DNA from: Candidatus Parcubacteria bacterium
Lineage (GTDB): Bacteria; Patescibacteriota; Minisyncoccia; UBA6257; HR35
Length of the DNA: 64,000 nt
NCBI GenBank assembly: GCA_026004495.1
Contig: BPJG01000001.1
Coordinates: 432,527 to 496,526 of the forward strand
Reading direction: 5' to 3'
Positions within the stretch are counted from its first letter, which is position 1, and each line of letters opens with the position of its first letter. This document shows, piece by piece, positions 32,256-41,667 of the stretch. A program made the translations under genes and the position numbers. Below the pieces are notes generated by a model. It searched no databases. It had not been told where the DNA came from and saw nothing but the letters and a program-made list of their open reading frames with translations.

Positions 32256-33974
32256 ATGTCAAAATATATCTTTATTTGTGGTGGGGTAATGTCAGGAGTA
32301 GGTAAGGGTATTGCTACTTCTTCAATTGCAAAAATTTTATCTTGGTATGGTTATAAGGTAACTTGTTTTAAGATTGATCCTTATGTCAACGTTGATGCTG
32401 GAACAATGAATCCTTTAGAACATGGGGAAGTTTTTGTTTTGAAAGATGGAACTGAATGTGATCAAGATATGGGGCATTATGAAAGATTTTTAAATCAAGA
32501 ATTGACAAAAGTAAATTATATGACAACTGGTAGTATTTATCTTTCACTAATTCAAAAAGAAAGAAGTTTATTTTTTAATGGCAAATGTGTTGAAGTTGTT
32601 CCTCATGTTCCCTTGGAAGTGATTGACAAAATTAATCAGGCTAAAAAATTAACTAAAGCTGAAATTGTTATTACTGAAATTGGCGGTACTGTAGGTGAAT
32701 ATCAAAATTTATTATTTTTAGAAGCAGTAAGAATTTTAAAGCTTAAACAGCCAAAAGATGTTATTTTAGTTTTAGTTAGTTATTTACCCTATCAAGGAGA
32801 GGGAATGGAAATTAAGACAAAACCAACGCAATATGCTATTCGAGCTTTAAATTCTGCTGGTCTTCAACCTGACTTTGTTTTAGCTCGAGCTCTATTTCCT
32901 TTAGATGATAAAAGAAAAGAAAAAATTTCTTTTAATTGTGGTATAGATAAAGAAAATATAATTTCTGCGCCAGATGAAAAAATAATCTATAAAATTCCTT
33001 TGAATTTTGAAAAAGAAAAAATAGGAGAAAAAATATTGAGGTTATTTAATTTAAAATCAAAAAGTAAAAAATCAAAAGATTTTTTGAAATGGCAGAAAGA
33101 ATTAAATAAAATAAAAAAAATAGATCAAGAAATTAAAATAGGTATTGTTGGCAAATACTTCAAAACAGGTGATTTTATTTTGGCTGATGTTTATATTTCA
33201 GTTATTGAAGCGATTAAACATGCAAGTTGGTTTTTGGGTTATCAGCCAAAAATTGTTTGGTTAAATTCAGAAGAATATGAAGTAGATAAAAAAAGAGTAG
33301 AGGAATTAAAAAATTATCATGGAATTGTTATTCCTGGTGGTTTTGGCTCTCGTGGTGTTGAGGGAAAAATTTTAGCGATTAAATATTGTCGGGAAAATAA
33401 AATCCCTTTATTTGGTTTATGTTATGGTCTTCAACTTATGATTGTTGAATTTGCCAGGAATGTTTGTGGTTTGAAAAATGCTCAAACAACTGAAGTAAAT
33501 CCTAAAGCAAAAAACGCGGTAATTGATATTTTAAAAGAGCAAAAGAAATTATTAAAAGAAAAACTTTATGGTGGAACAATGAGATTGGGTGATTGGGAAT
33601 GTGAAATAAAAAGAGGAACAATTGCTTGGAGAGCTTACACAGAACTTAGCAGAACTGACGCAGAATTTAGCAGAAGATATCAAAAAAATGTTTCTTTTAG
33701 TTCTACGTTTGGTCAGCCTTTTCCGCGTGTTTTGAAAGTTGTAGAAAGACACAGACATCGTTATGAAGTTAATCCTAAATATCATAAAATTTTACAAAAG
33801 AATGGTTTTGTTTTTTCGGGTACATCGCAAAATGGTTTATTGGTTGAAATTGGAGAATTGTCACAAAATATTCATCCTTTCTTTTTGGGAACTCAATTTC
33901 ATCCAGAATTGAAATCAAAATTTTTACATCCCCATCCATTGTTTCTTGAATTTATTAAGCAGAGTACAAAATAA
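32256..33974 (+). CDS. pyrG: CTP synthase carrying a lineage-specific in-frame insert
   Basis: 'YIFICGGVMSGVGKGIATSSIAKIL' P-loop; GATase 'GLCYGLQLMIVEFA' (catalytic Cys); 'VERHRHRYEVN'. A GC-richer repetitive segment at 33640-33728 lengthens the region between 'MRLG' and 'ERHRHRYEVN'. Confidence 0.95.
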   Translation: MSKYIFICGGVMSGVGKGIATSSIAKILSWYGYKVTCFKIDPYVNVDAGTMNPLEHGEVFVLKDGTECDQDMGHYERFLNQELTKVNYMTTGSIYLSLIQKERSLFFNGKCVEVVPHVPLEVIDKINQAKKLTKAEIVITEIGGTVGEYQNLLFLEAVRILKLKQPKDVILVLVSYLPYQGEGMEIKTKPTQYAIRALNSAGLQPDFVLARALFPLDDKRKEKISFNCGIDKENIISAPDEKIIYKIPLNFEKEKIGEKILRLFNLKSKSKKSKDFLKWQKELNKIKKIDQEIKIGIVGKYFKTGDFILADVYISVIEAIKHASWFLGYQPKIVWLNSEEYEVDKKRVEELKNYHGIVIPGGFGSRGVEGKILAIKYCRENKIPLFGLCYGLQLMIVEFARNVCGLKNAQTTEVNPKAKNAVIDILKEQKKLLKEKLYGGTMRLGDWECEIKRGTIAWRAYTELSRTDAEFSRRYQKNVSFSSTFGQPFPRVLKVVERHRHRYEVNPKYHKILQKNGFVFSGTSQNGLLVEIGELSQNIHPFFLGTQFHPELKSKFLHPHPLFLEFIKQSTK

Positions 33975-34208
33975 AGTATTATTTATCTATGGTTAAAATA
34001 TAATTATTAAAATAAATAATTCTTGAATTATTTTTGTTAATTTTTGATAAATTATAAATTAATAATTTAAATAAATTTTCTTAGCTACAAAAAACTTTTT
34101 AAATCTAAGTCAAGTTATAAAAAGAAATGGATTTTTTAATTTATAATAGAAATACAATAAACACAATAATTAAGATAATTTAAATAATAATATAATTTTT
34201 AAAAATTT

Positions 34209-34874
34209 TTATTTAATTTCTTCTATTACTATTTCATCTCCTAAAATATAGGCAATTATCGCTTTATTGTCTTTGGTAAGGGTGAAATAAACATAATCAT
34301 AAGGCCCATATATTTTATCATTTAGTTGAACATAGTATTTATCATCTTTTTTATATTTTATATATACGTATTTGCCAGTTTTTTCTTCTAATAAACCCCA
34401 TATATCTAAATATTCTTTAAATATAAAATCCTTCCCTAACAATAATTTATATTTTCTTATTTTTGCTTCTTCTTCCTTAGTTTCCAATTTTATATCTTTA
34501 CCTTTTATAGGAAATACTTTATTATCTTTTTTCCTTTTAAATGTTAATAATCTAAGTGTATCCTTATTTATTAATCTTCCTCTAAATTCTCCTGTATTAT
34601 TATTATTTTCATCATATTCTTTAAGGATAACAGTTTTAGTCTTAAGATTAATCTCTCCTTCTAATTTTAACCATTTTCCTACTTTATCATATTTATATCT
34701 TCATTCTATTTTATTACTATTATCTTTTTGAGATAATTCAAGAGTAATAGGATAATTAGATATTTTTAGATTATAAGTATTAGTAATTTTATTAGTAGTT
34801 ATTGTTTGAGCATTAGAAAATAAGGGAGAAAGAATAAGAGAGATAAGGATTAAAGAGATTATTAGTTTTTTCAT
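34209..34874 (-). pseudogene. Secreted hypothetical protein interrupted by a single in-frame TGA (pseudogene, read-through or sequencing error)
   Basis: ATG at 34874-34872 gives 'MKKLIISLILISLILSPLFSNAQT...' (signal peptide). The same frame continues through a TGA at 34703-34701 into the 92-aa ORF 34209..34487. Confidence 0.5.
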
Positions 34875-35250
34875 TATTATTTATTGTTTTTTTAAGTTTT
34901 TGACTATTTATATTTAAGTCTTAAATATTATTTATAATTTATTTTAATTTTTTTTTACAAGATTATAAAAATATTTATGAAAATAAATATAAAAAATATT
35001 TTATTTTTTAATTATTAATTTTATTATTTTTTATTATAATTTATTTAAGATATTAAAGTTTTAAAAATTTATTAAATTTGATAAAGGATCTTAAATTAAG
35101 AAATGAAAACATTGTTGTTTTATTTTAATAATTAAATTAAATACCTAATAAATAAAATAATTACAGATATATTAAAATATTATTTTTTTAAAAAATTATA
35201 TCTTAATATCTATTAATCATAACTTTATAATTTTTATTAAATTTTACTAA

Positions 35251-36207
35251 ATGTATTTAATAGGAGATGTGGGTGGTACAAAAACAAGGCTAACAATTAT
35301 TGATAAGATATATATTAATTCAAATCAATCATATAGATATCTTAAACAAAAGACAAAGTTTTTTAACACCCCTCAAAAATACGAAGATTTTTTAGGATTA
35401 ATTTTTAAATTTCTTAAGAAATTGAGAAAAAGAATTGACAAAGTTTGCTTTGGATTTGCCGGTAATTTCGATTTAGATAAAGAAAAATTAATCTACTCTC
35501 CAAATTTAAAAGATTATATTGATAGAGATTTAAAGAAAGATTTAGAGAGGATTTTACATTCGTGTCAATCCGTGGTTTTAGAAAATGATGCTGCCTTAGC
35601 TGGTTTAGGTGAAGCATATTATGGAGCAGGAAAAAATTTTAATGTTTTTGGTTATATTACTTTAGGAACAGGAGTTGGAGGAGTTAAAATTATAAAACGC
35701 GAACTAATGCAAACAGGACGCGAACAGATGCAAACTAAATTTTTTATTGATGATAATGTTTTTGGTTTTGAGCCAGGACATTCATTTATTTTGATATGCG
35801 GAATAAACGGAAGCGGACACAGAATGAACGGAATAAACGGAAAAGATGCTTCCGCAAATTCCGTTAAGTCTGTGTTAAGTCCGTTATATCAGATAGAAGT
35901 TGAAGAGATTATTGGCGGTAAAAGTTTGGAAAAGATTTTTAAGAAAAAACCAGAAAAAATAAAAAATAAAAAATTATTGGATGATATGAGTAAAATTTTA
36001 GCAATATTTTTAATAAATGTTTCAATTTTTTGGTCTGTTGATAAAATTATTTTAGGCGGAGGATTAACAAAAAGTCTAAATTTTAAAAAATTAAATTTTT
36101 ATGTTAATGAATTTCATCCTTTACCAATTAAAATTAAAATAATAAAATCAAAATTAGGAGAATTCGCAGGTTTGTTTGGAGGATTAAATTATATAAAAAA
36201 TTTTTAA
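35251..36207 (+). CDS. glk: Glucokinase (Glk family) carrying a GC-rich in-frame insert
   Basis: 'MYLIGDVGGTKTRL' (compare E. coli Glk 'LVGDVGGTNARFA'); 'LGTGVGG'; 'GFEPGHSF'; 'IILGGGL'. The segment 35696-35890 contains direct repeats and an imperfect palindrome. Confidence 0.8.
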   Translation: MYLIGDVGGTKTRLTIIDKIYINSNQSYRYLKQKTKFFNTPQKYEDFLGLIFKFLKKLRKRIDKVCFGFAGNFDLDKEKLIYSPNLKDYIDRDLKKDLERILHSCQSVVLENDAALAGLGEAYYGAGKNFNVFGYITLGTGVGGVKIIKRELMQTGREQMQTKFFIDDNVFGFEPGHSFILICGINGSGHRMNGINGKDASANSVKSVLSPLYQIEVEEIIGGKSLEKIFKKKPEKIKNKKLLDDMSKILAIFLINVSIFWSVDKIILGGGLTKSLNFKKLNFYVNEFHPLPIKIKIIKSKLGEFAGLFGGLNYIKNF

Positions 36208-36214
36208 TATTAGA

Positions 36215-37342
36215 ATGAAGTGGTTAATATTATCTTTGTTAATAATTATATTTCTTACTATTCTTTCATTGTCTAACTCTTTTATTAAAATTCATAAAAA
36301 AGTGAGCTTTCAATTTAATTTCTCTAATCCTTATATAGAATTAAATCTAGGAATAAGAAAACCTAAAATTTGTGAAAAAAGAGTTTGGGAAATAAATTTA
36401 TCTAAGAATGAAATTTATTTTTTTGAAAATTGTAGATTAAAAATAATAATCCCAATCGCCTATCAAGCTCCTCCAGGTAAATGGTATCAAACACCTACTG
36501 GTTATTTTAGGGTTGGTATTAAAAAAGAAAAACATATTTCTTCTCTGTTTCCTGTTTATATGAATTATGCTGTTCAAATGTATGAAGATTTTTTTATTCA
36601 TGAAGTACCTTATTATTTAGATGGTAGAAGAGTTGATAATAATTTTACTGGTGGTTGTATTAGATTGGAAACAGAACAAGCTAAAAAATTTTTTGAGATG
36701 GCTCGAGCTGGTGATTTAATTATTTCTTATTTAGATATGGATAATATTAAAGTTAAAGATAATTTTGTTTTTCCTATTAAAAAAGATCAATTTTATTTAA
36801 GACAAAGATTCAATAGTCCTTTAAGAACTTCTTGGCATTCTTTAGAAGATAGAAAAATAGATTATATTCAACATGCTGGAGTTGATTTAGCACCAGATAA
36901 TGAAGCTAAAGATTTAAATGTTTATAATATTTATGATGGTAAAATTTTTAAAATAGTAAAAAATGGAGAAAATGATCATGGGCTAGGAAATACAGTGATT
37001 ATTGAACATCCTGATTTAAAGATTTATTCTTTATATGGACATCTTCAGTCAATAAATTATGATTTAAAAGAAGGCAACTTTATTAAAAAAGGAAAAAAAA
37101 TCGGGATTGTTGGCGCAACTGGCTATGGTTGTAATTATTGGAGGGTTGGCGAAGATGGGTGTGATAAAAAAGGGAAACTAGACATTCATTTACATTTTGA
37201 GATAAAAATTAAACCAGTATTAGAAAGTCCGATTGAAGCAAGATGTTTTATTAATGGTAAATATAAAAATTGTTATGACTATACACCAAATAATCCAGAG
37301 CTATTTGGTTATTATGATCCTTTAAAATTTTTGACTAAATAA
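36215..37342 (+). CDS. Fusion protein: L,D-transpeptidase (YkuD) domain plus M23/LytM peptidase domain
   Basis: YkuD: 'FIHEVPYYLDGRRVDNNFTGGCIRL' (His ... Cys catalytic pair). M23: 'HAGVDLAPDN ... GHLQSI ... GATGYG ... HLHFEI' (HxxxD and HxH). N-terminal TM anchor. Confidence 0.75.
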   Translation: MKWLILSLLIIIFLTILSLSNSFIKIHKKVSFQFNFSNPYIELNLGIRKPKICEKRVWEINLSKNEIYFFENCRLKIIIPIAYQAPPGKWYQTPTGYFRVGIKKEKHISSLFPVYMNYAVQMYEDFFIHEVPYYLDGRRVDNNFTGGCIRLETEQAKKFFEMARAGDLIISYLDMDNIKVKDNFVFPIKKDQFYLRQRFNSPLRTSWHSLEDRKIDYIQHAGVDLAPDNEAKDLNVYNIYDGKIFKIVKNGENDHGLGNTVIIEHPDLKIYSLYGHLQSINYDLKEGNFIKKGKKIGIVGATGYGCNYWRVGEDGCDKKGKLDIHLHFEIKIKPVLESPIEARCFINGKYKNCYDYTPNNPELFGYYDPLKFLTK

Positions 37343-37346
37343 AATA

Positions 37347-38009
37347 ATGCTTTATATTGTTCCAACTCCTATCGGCAATTTAAAGGATATTACCTTAAGA
37401 GCAATTGAGGTCTTGAAACAAGTTGATTATATTTTTTGTGAAGATACCCGAAGAACAAAAGTTTTACTTGATTATTATGATATTAAGAATAAAAAATTAA
37501 TTTCCTACTTTTCTCCATATGAAGAAAGAAAAATTCCTCAAATTTTAGAAATCTTAAAAAAATATGATGCGGTTTTAGTTGTTGATGCTGGAATGCCTTT
37601 AATTTCTGATCCTGGTTATAAATTAATTAAAGTATGCTTAGAAAATAATATTAAAATAATAGTTTTACCAGGACCTTCTGCTTTTTTAACTGCTTTAGTG
37701 GGCTCTGGACTTCCAACAGATAAATTTTTGTTTTTAGGGTTTTTACCTAAAAAGGGAATTAAGAATTATTTAGCAAAATATAAAAATTTTGATGGAACTA
37801 TTATTTTTTACGATTCACCTTATCGTTTCAAGAAAAATTTAAATTTTATTAAAGAGATTTATCCTAGGGCTTATATAGTAATTGCTCGAGAAATTTCTAA
37901 AATTTATGAAGAATATCAAAGAGGATTCATTGATGAAATCATAAGTATTTTAAAAGAAAAACCAATTAAAGGAGAAATTACAATAATATTGAGAAATAAT
38001 TTTAAATAG
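37347..38009 (+). CDS. rsmI: 16S rRNA (cytidine1402-2'-O)-methyltransferase
   Basis: 'MLYIVPTPIGNLKDITLRAIEVLKQVDYIFCEDTRRT' is the tetrapyrrole-methylase-fold RsmI N-terminus. Confidence 0.85.
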   Translation: MLYIVPTPIGNLKDITLRAIEVLKQVDYIFCEDTRRTKVLLDYYDIKNKKLISYFSPYEERKIPQILEILKKYDAVLVVDAGMPLISDPGYKLIKVCLENNIKIIVLPGPSAFLTALVGSGLPTDKFLFLGFLPKKGIKNYLAKYKNFDGTIIFYDSPYRFKKNLNFIKEIYPRAYIVIAREISKIYEEYQRGFIDEIISILKEKPIKGEITIILRNNFK

Positions 38010-38715
38010 ATTTATCTATTAAATCACATATTTTATTAAAATTTTTAGGCTTTAAACTTTGAGAGCCTATTAAAAATCCATCAAGAGGTAGATCAAGATA
38101 TATTTTAATATTATCTATAAAAACAGAACCACCATAAACTATCTTATTATTAAAACCTAAATTTTTAATAAATTTTATAAATTCACTAACAATTTCCGGC
38201 GATACCGAACCTTGCTTGTAAGTACTAATAGCCCAAGTTGGTTCATAGGCTAAAATAATACTTTTATTATTTAAATTTATATTTTTAAACAAAATTTTTA
38301 TTTGTTTTTGCCATTCTGATTTTAATATTTTTATATTTTTTATTATTTTATCTTCGCCCAAACAAACAATAGCAGTTAAATTACTATTAATTACACTTAT
38401 GATTTTTTGATTAGCAATTTTAAAATTTTCTCCTATTTTTCTTCTTTCTGAATGATTTATGATTACAAACTTTCCTCCTATTTTTTTTATCATTTTAGGA
38501 GAAATTTCTCCAGTATAAGGACCTTTATCTTGAAAATAAATATTCTGTGATCCGAATTTAATCTTTCTAAATTTAGTTATTAATGGTATAAGATAAAGAT
38601 AAGGTGGTGCGATCCAAATATCTAAATTTTTATATATTTTATATTTTTTGACCAAATTTAAGGCTTCATTAAGCGAGAGAGGATTCATTTTCCAATTGGC
38701 AATAACTGTTTTCAT
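38002..38715 (-). CDS. tpiA: Triosephosphate isomerase
   Basis: 'VIANWKMN' N-terminal motif; 'IINHSERR' (catalytic His); 'LAYEPTWAI' (catalytic Glu). Confidence 0.9.
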   Translation of the reverse strand: MKTVIANWKMNPLSLNEALNLVKKYKIYKNLDIWIAPPYLYLIPLITKFRKIKFGSQNIYFQDKGPYTGEISPKMIKKIGGKFVIINHSERRKIGENFKIANQKIISVINSNLTAIVCLGEDKIIKNIKILKSEWQKQIKILFKNINLNNKSIILAYEPTWAISTYKQGSVSPEIVSEFIKFIKNLGFNNKIVYGGSVFIDNIKIYLDLPLDGFLIGSQSLKPKNFNKICDLIDKSI

Positions 38716-38735
38716 TTAAAAAATTTTATAATAAA

Positions 38736-39422
38736 TTAATTTTTATAAAAATTTATAATTCCAATAGCAATCATTAAGGCAGTCTCTGCCCTTAAATTAG
38801 ATTTAGACAAACTTACAAATTTACATTTTTTTGAACTTAAAATTTTTAATTCTTTTTCTGAAAATCCTCCTTCGGGCCCTAGGACAATTTCAATTTTATA
38901 ATTAAAATTTATATTTCTAATATCTTCACCATATTTATCTAAAACATAAGTATTTTCAGGCAGTTCATTTAGGTTTATAGGATTAGTAATTTCTGGTAAA
39001 TAATTCCAATCTGCTATTTCTATTCCTTGATATATTATTTTTCGCCATCTATCTGAAACTTTAGCCGTAGACCAAGATATTCTTTCTGTTTTAAGGGGTA
39101 TTATTTTTTTAATTCCTAACTCAAAAACCTTACCGAGAATAAATTCAAATTTTTCTTTTTTAAGAAAACTTAAATAAAGAAAAACTTCCTTTAGGGGCAT
39201 TAACTTTCTTTTTTTTAGATATTTAGCTTTGAATATTAATGAATTTTTATCTTTTTTAGTTAAATAATAATAACCCTCAAGTAAATTATTGCCTATGAAA
39301 ATTAAGCCGTCATTTAATTTGAGTCGATAAACGTTATTAATCCTATTAATTATTTCTTGGTCCTTAATTTGCAATATTTTATCTTGATTCAATTCTTGAT
39401 TAATAAAAATCTTACGTTTCAT
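38736..39422 (-). CDS. rsmE: 16S rRNA (uracil1498-N3)-methyltransferase
   Basis: 'IEIVLGPEGGFSEKE' SPOUT knot motif. Length 228 aa. Confidence 0.8.
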   Translation of the reverse strand: MKRKIFINQELNQDKILQIKDQEIINRINNVYRLKLNDGLIFIGNNLLEGYYYLTKKDKNSLIFKAKYLKKRKLMPLKEVFLYLSFLKKEKFEFILGKVFELGIKKIIPLKTERISWSTAKVSDRWRKIIYQGIEIADWNYLPEITNPINLNELPENTYVLDKYGEDIRNINFNYKIEIVLGPEGGFSEKELKILSSKKCKFVSLSKSNLRAETALMIAIGIINFYKN

Positions 39423-40108
39423 TTACATATAGTTAAAGCTAATATATTTTTACTGCCTGACTCTCTTAAATTTTTAGCTAGTTCAAATAAAGTTGTACCT
39501 GTAGTAATTATATCATCTATAATTATCAAATTTTTTGGAGGTTTATCTTTGGCCTTGAAACAATTTTGAATGTTTTTTAATCGTTGTTGATAATCTAATT
39601 TAGCCTGAAATTCAGTTTCTTTTATTTTTTCAATTTTTTCAAAAAGAGGAAGTTTTAAATTTTTAGCAATTTTTTTAGCTAATATTTTAGTTTGATTAAA
39701 GCCTCTTTCTCTTTCTACTTTCTTACTTAAAGGAACGTAGGTAAGATGAAAATTTAAAATATTCAAATCATTTAAGTATGAGGATATTAAATTACCAAAC
39801 CAATTAAATATTTGCCAATATCCATTAAATTTACCGTCAATTATTAATTTATCTATTGGCTTGTTATTATAATCATTAAAAGTGATTAATGTTTTTATTA
39901 TATTAGAACAACAGGCGTCAATTAATTTTTCACCGATTGGTTTTCTTCGATAGCATTTAGGACAAAAGAGATAAATATTAAAATTTATATTTTTAAGACA
40001 TTGAGAACATAAATAACCTTCTTCAATGAAATTTAAACACTTATAACAAAAATTAGGAAATATACAATTTTCAGAAATATTATATAATTTTTTTATTATG
40101 TTTAACAT
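39419..40108 (-). CDS. comFC: ComF-family phosphoribosyltransferase (competence protein ComFC-like)
   Basis: N-terminal 'CYKCLNF...CSQC...CPKC' zinc finger; PRTase motif 'LIIIDDIITTGTTL'. It is divergent from pilM. Confidence 0.8.
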   Translation of the reverse strand: MLNIIKKLYNISENCIFPNFCYKCLNFIEEGYLCSQCLKNINFNIYLFCPKCYRRKPIGEKLIDACCSNIIKTLITFNDYNNKPIDKLIIDGKFNGYWQIFNWFGNLISSYLNDLNILNFHLTYVPLSKKVERERGFNQTKILAKKIAKNLKLPLFEKIEKIKETEFQAKLDYQQRLKNIQNCFKAKDKPPKNLIIIDDIITTGTTLFELAKNLRESGSKNILALTICK

Positions 40109-41150
40109 CTTTGGTTCAAAAAAGGTTTTAGGGATCGATTTGGGTTCAAGATCAATTAAAATTGTTGAAATAGAAAAATATAAGAAATCTTTTATTTTAA
40201 ATAATTATATTATAATTGAATTAGAAGAAAGCCAACAATTACCATTTTTATTGGAAACCTCTCAAATTTATGAAGAAAATTTAGCTAAAGTTTTAGAGGC
40301 AGGCTTGAAAGAATTTAAGACTAAAGATGTTGTTTATAGTATTCCTTCTCTATATTATTTTTATACAAATTTTTCTTTACCATACATTCCTCTTAATGCT
40401 ATAAAAAATGCTATTAACTTTGAATATCGTAAATACTTACCCATAGGTTATGAAAAATTTGATATTGAATGGCGCAACATTAAATATACACCATTTAATT
40501 TAGAGGGTCAAGATAAGTGGCTTATTTTTTTTACTGCAATTCCTGAAAGTTATTTAAATAAAATTAAAAATATTTCATCTTTAAATAAAATAAATTTTAA
40601 AAAAGCTTACTCTGAGTTTTTTTCTTTAGAAGTTTTTTTTAAAGAATTTAAAGAAAACTTAATTTTAATAGATATAGGTTATTCGTATTCTTTTGCCTTG
40701 CTGGTTAAAGAAGGACAAATTATTCATTGTCAAAAATTAAAATTTACGATTAAAGATATTATTCAAATATTCAGTAATGTTATGTCAGTTAATAGAAAAG
40801 AAGCAGAAGGTATTTTTTTTAAGAAGGGCTTTAATATTTTACCTGAAGAAATTGATTTAAAAAAAATAATTGATGAAATTATTGATAATTTTTCTTTAGA
40901 TATATTAAAGCTAAAGGATACCCTAGAAAACAATTTTAACATTAAAATAAATTTAATATATTTAAAGGGTGGAATAACATTAGCTAATGGTTTTTTGGAA
41001 AACTTAACGACTAGATTAAAAAATATACCCCTTGCTGTTTTTAACCCTTTAAATAATTTAGTAATAACTAATGATAATATTAAAGATAAGAATATTGGAA
41101 CAATTTTAGTCCAGTCAATTGGTGCTTGTATTAAATTTTTATCAGGTTAA
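40098..41150 (+). CDS. pilM: Type IV pilus assembly protein PilM (actin-like ATPase fold)
   Basis: 'KKVLGIDLGSRSIKIVEIEK' N-terminus. Length 350 aa. Followed by pilN and pilO. Confidence 0.8.
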   Translation: MFNIFGSKKVLGIDLGSRSIKIVEIEKYKKSFILNNYIIIELEESQQLPFLLETSQIYEENLAKVLEAGLKEFKTKDVVYSIPSLYYFYTNFSLPYIPLNAIKNAINFEYRKYLPIGYEKFDIEWRNIKYTPFNLEGQDKWLIFFTAIPESYLNKIKNISSLNKINFKKAYSEFFSLEVFFKEFKENLILIDIGYSYSFALLVKEGQIIHCQKLKFTIKDIIQIFSNVMSVNRKEAEGIFFKKGFNILPEEIDLKKIIDEIIDNFSLDILKLKDTLENNFNIKINLIYLKGGITLANGFLENLTTRLKNIPLAVFNPLNNLVITNDNIKDKNIGTILVQSIGACIKFLSG

Positions 41151-41163
41151 AATATATATAATT

Positions 41164-41667
41164 ATGTTAAAGGCATTTTTAGAATTAATACCCAAGCGTC
41201 TCTTTTATTTTTTAGTAGGTGGATTAGTAGTAAGTTATTTGGGTAGTTATGTTTTGAATTATTTAACTAATTTTAATTATAGAAAGATTGATGAAATTAA
41301 AAGCAAAATTGAAAGTACTAAACTTGAATATTCAGATCAAATTAGAGCTGAGACCTATCAAGCCTTAATGCATTTTATTATGCTTAAATATTTAATAGAT
41401 AATAAAAAATCTATTATACCATTGATTAATGAACCACCTAAATATTTACCTAAATTTTTAAAAATTAATTCAGTGAATATAGAAAATAAAGGCAATAGAA
41501 TTTCAATTAATGGCCAAGTTGATGGTTGGATAAATTATGCTCGTTTTAAAAAATATTTTCAAAACAATGGCAATCTATTTAAAGAATTTAAAATTGATAA
41601 TTTTAGTTATGACAATTCTTTAGGAGTTATTAACGTAAGTTTCAGTTTTATTTTTAATAAACAATGA
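41164..41667 (+). CDS. pilN: PilN-like type IV pilus inner-membrane component
   Basis: Single N-terminal TM segment 'YFLVGGLVVSYLGSYVL' then a periplasmic domain. Assigned by position between pilM and pilO. The ATG at 41164 is preferred over the overlapping TTG 41119. Confidence 0.5.
   Translation: MLKAFLELIPKRLFYFLVGGLVVSYLGSYVLNYLTNFNYRKIDEIKSKIESTKLEYSDQIRAETYQALMHFIMLKYLIDNKKSIIPLINEPPKYLPKFLKINSVNIENKGNRISINGQVDGWINYARFKKYFQNNGNLFKEFKIDNFSYDNSLGVINVSFSFIFNKQ

Noticed and set aside
33552-33785. Minus-strand ORF with the tandem peptide repeat 'AKFCVSSAKFCVSS'.
   Set aside because: It is the antisense reading of the repetitive element inside pyrG. The repeat at the peptide level simply mirrors the DNA direct repeat and is not an independent gene.
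34701-34703. TGA reassignment (Gly, as in code 25 of SR1/Gracilibacteria) or selenocysteine, as an explanation for the in-frame TGA.
   Set aside because: TGA terminates dcd (31306-31308) and thpR (23141-23143). No in-frame TGA occurs in any of the large conserved genes (rpoB, rpoC, dnaE, ligA). No SECIS-like hairpin follows the codon and no sel genes are in the window.
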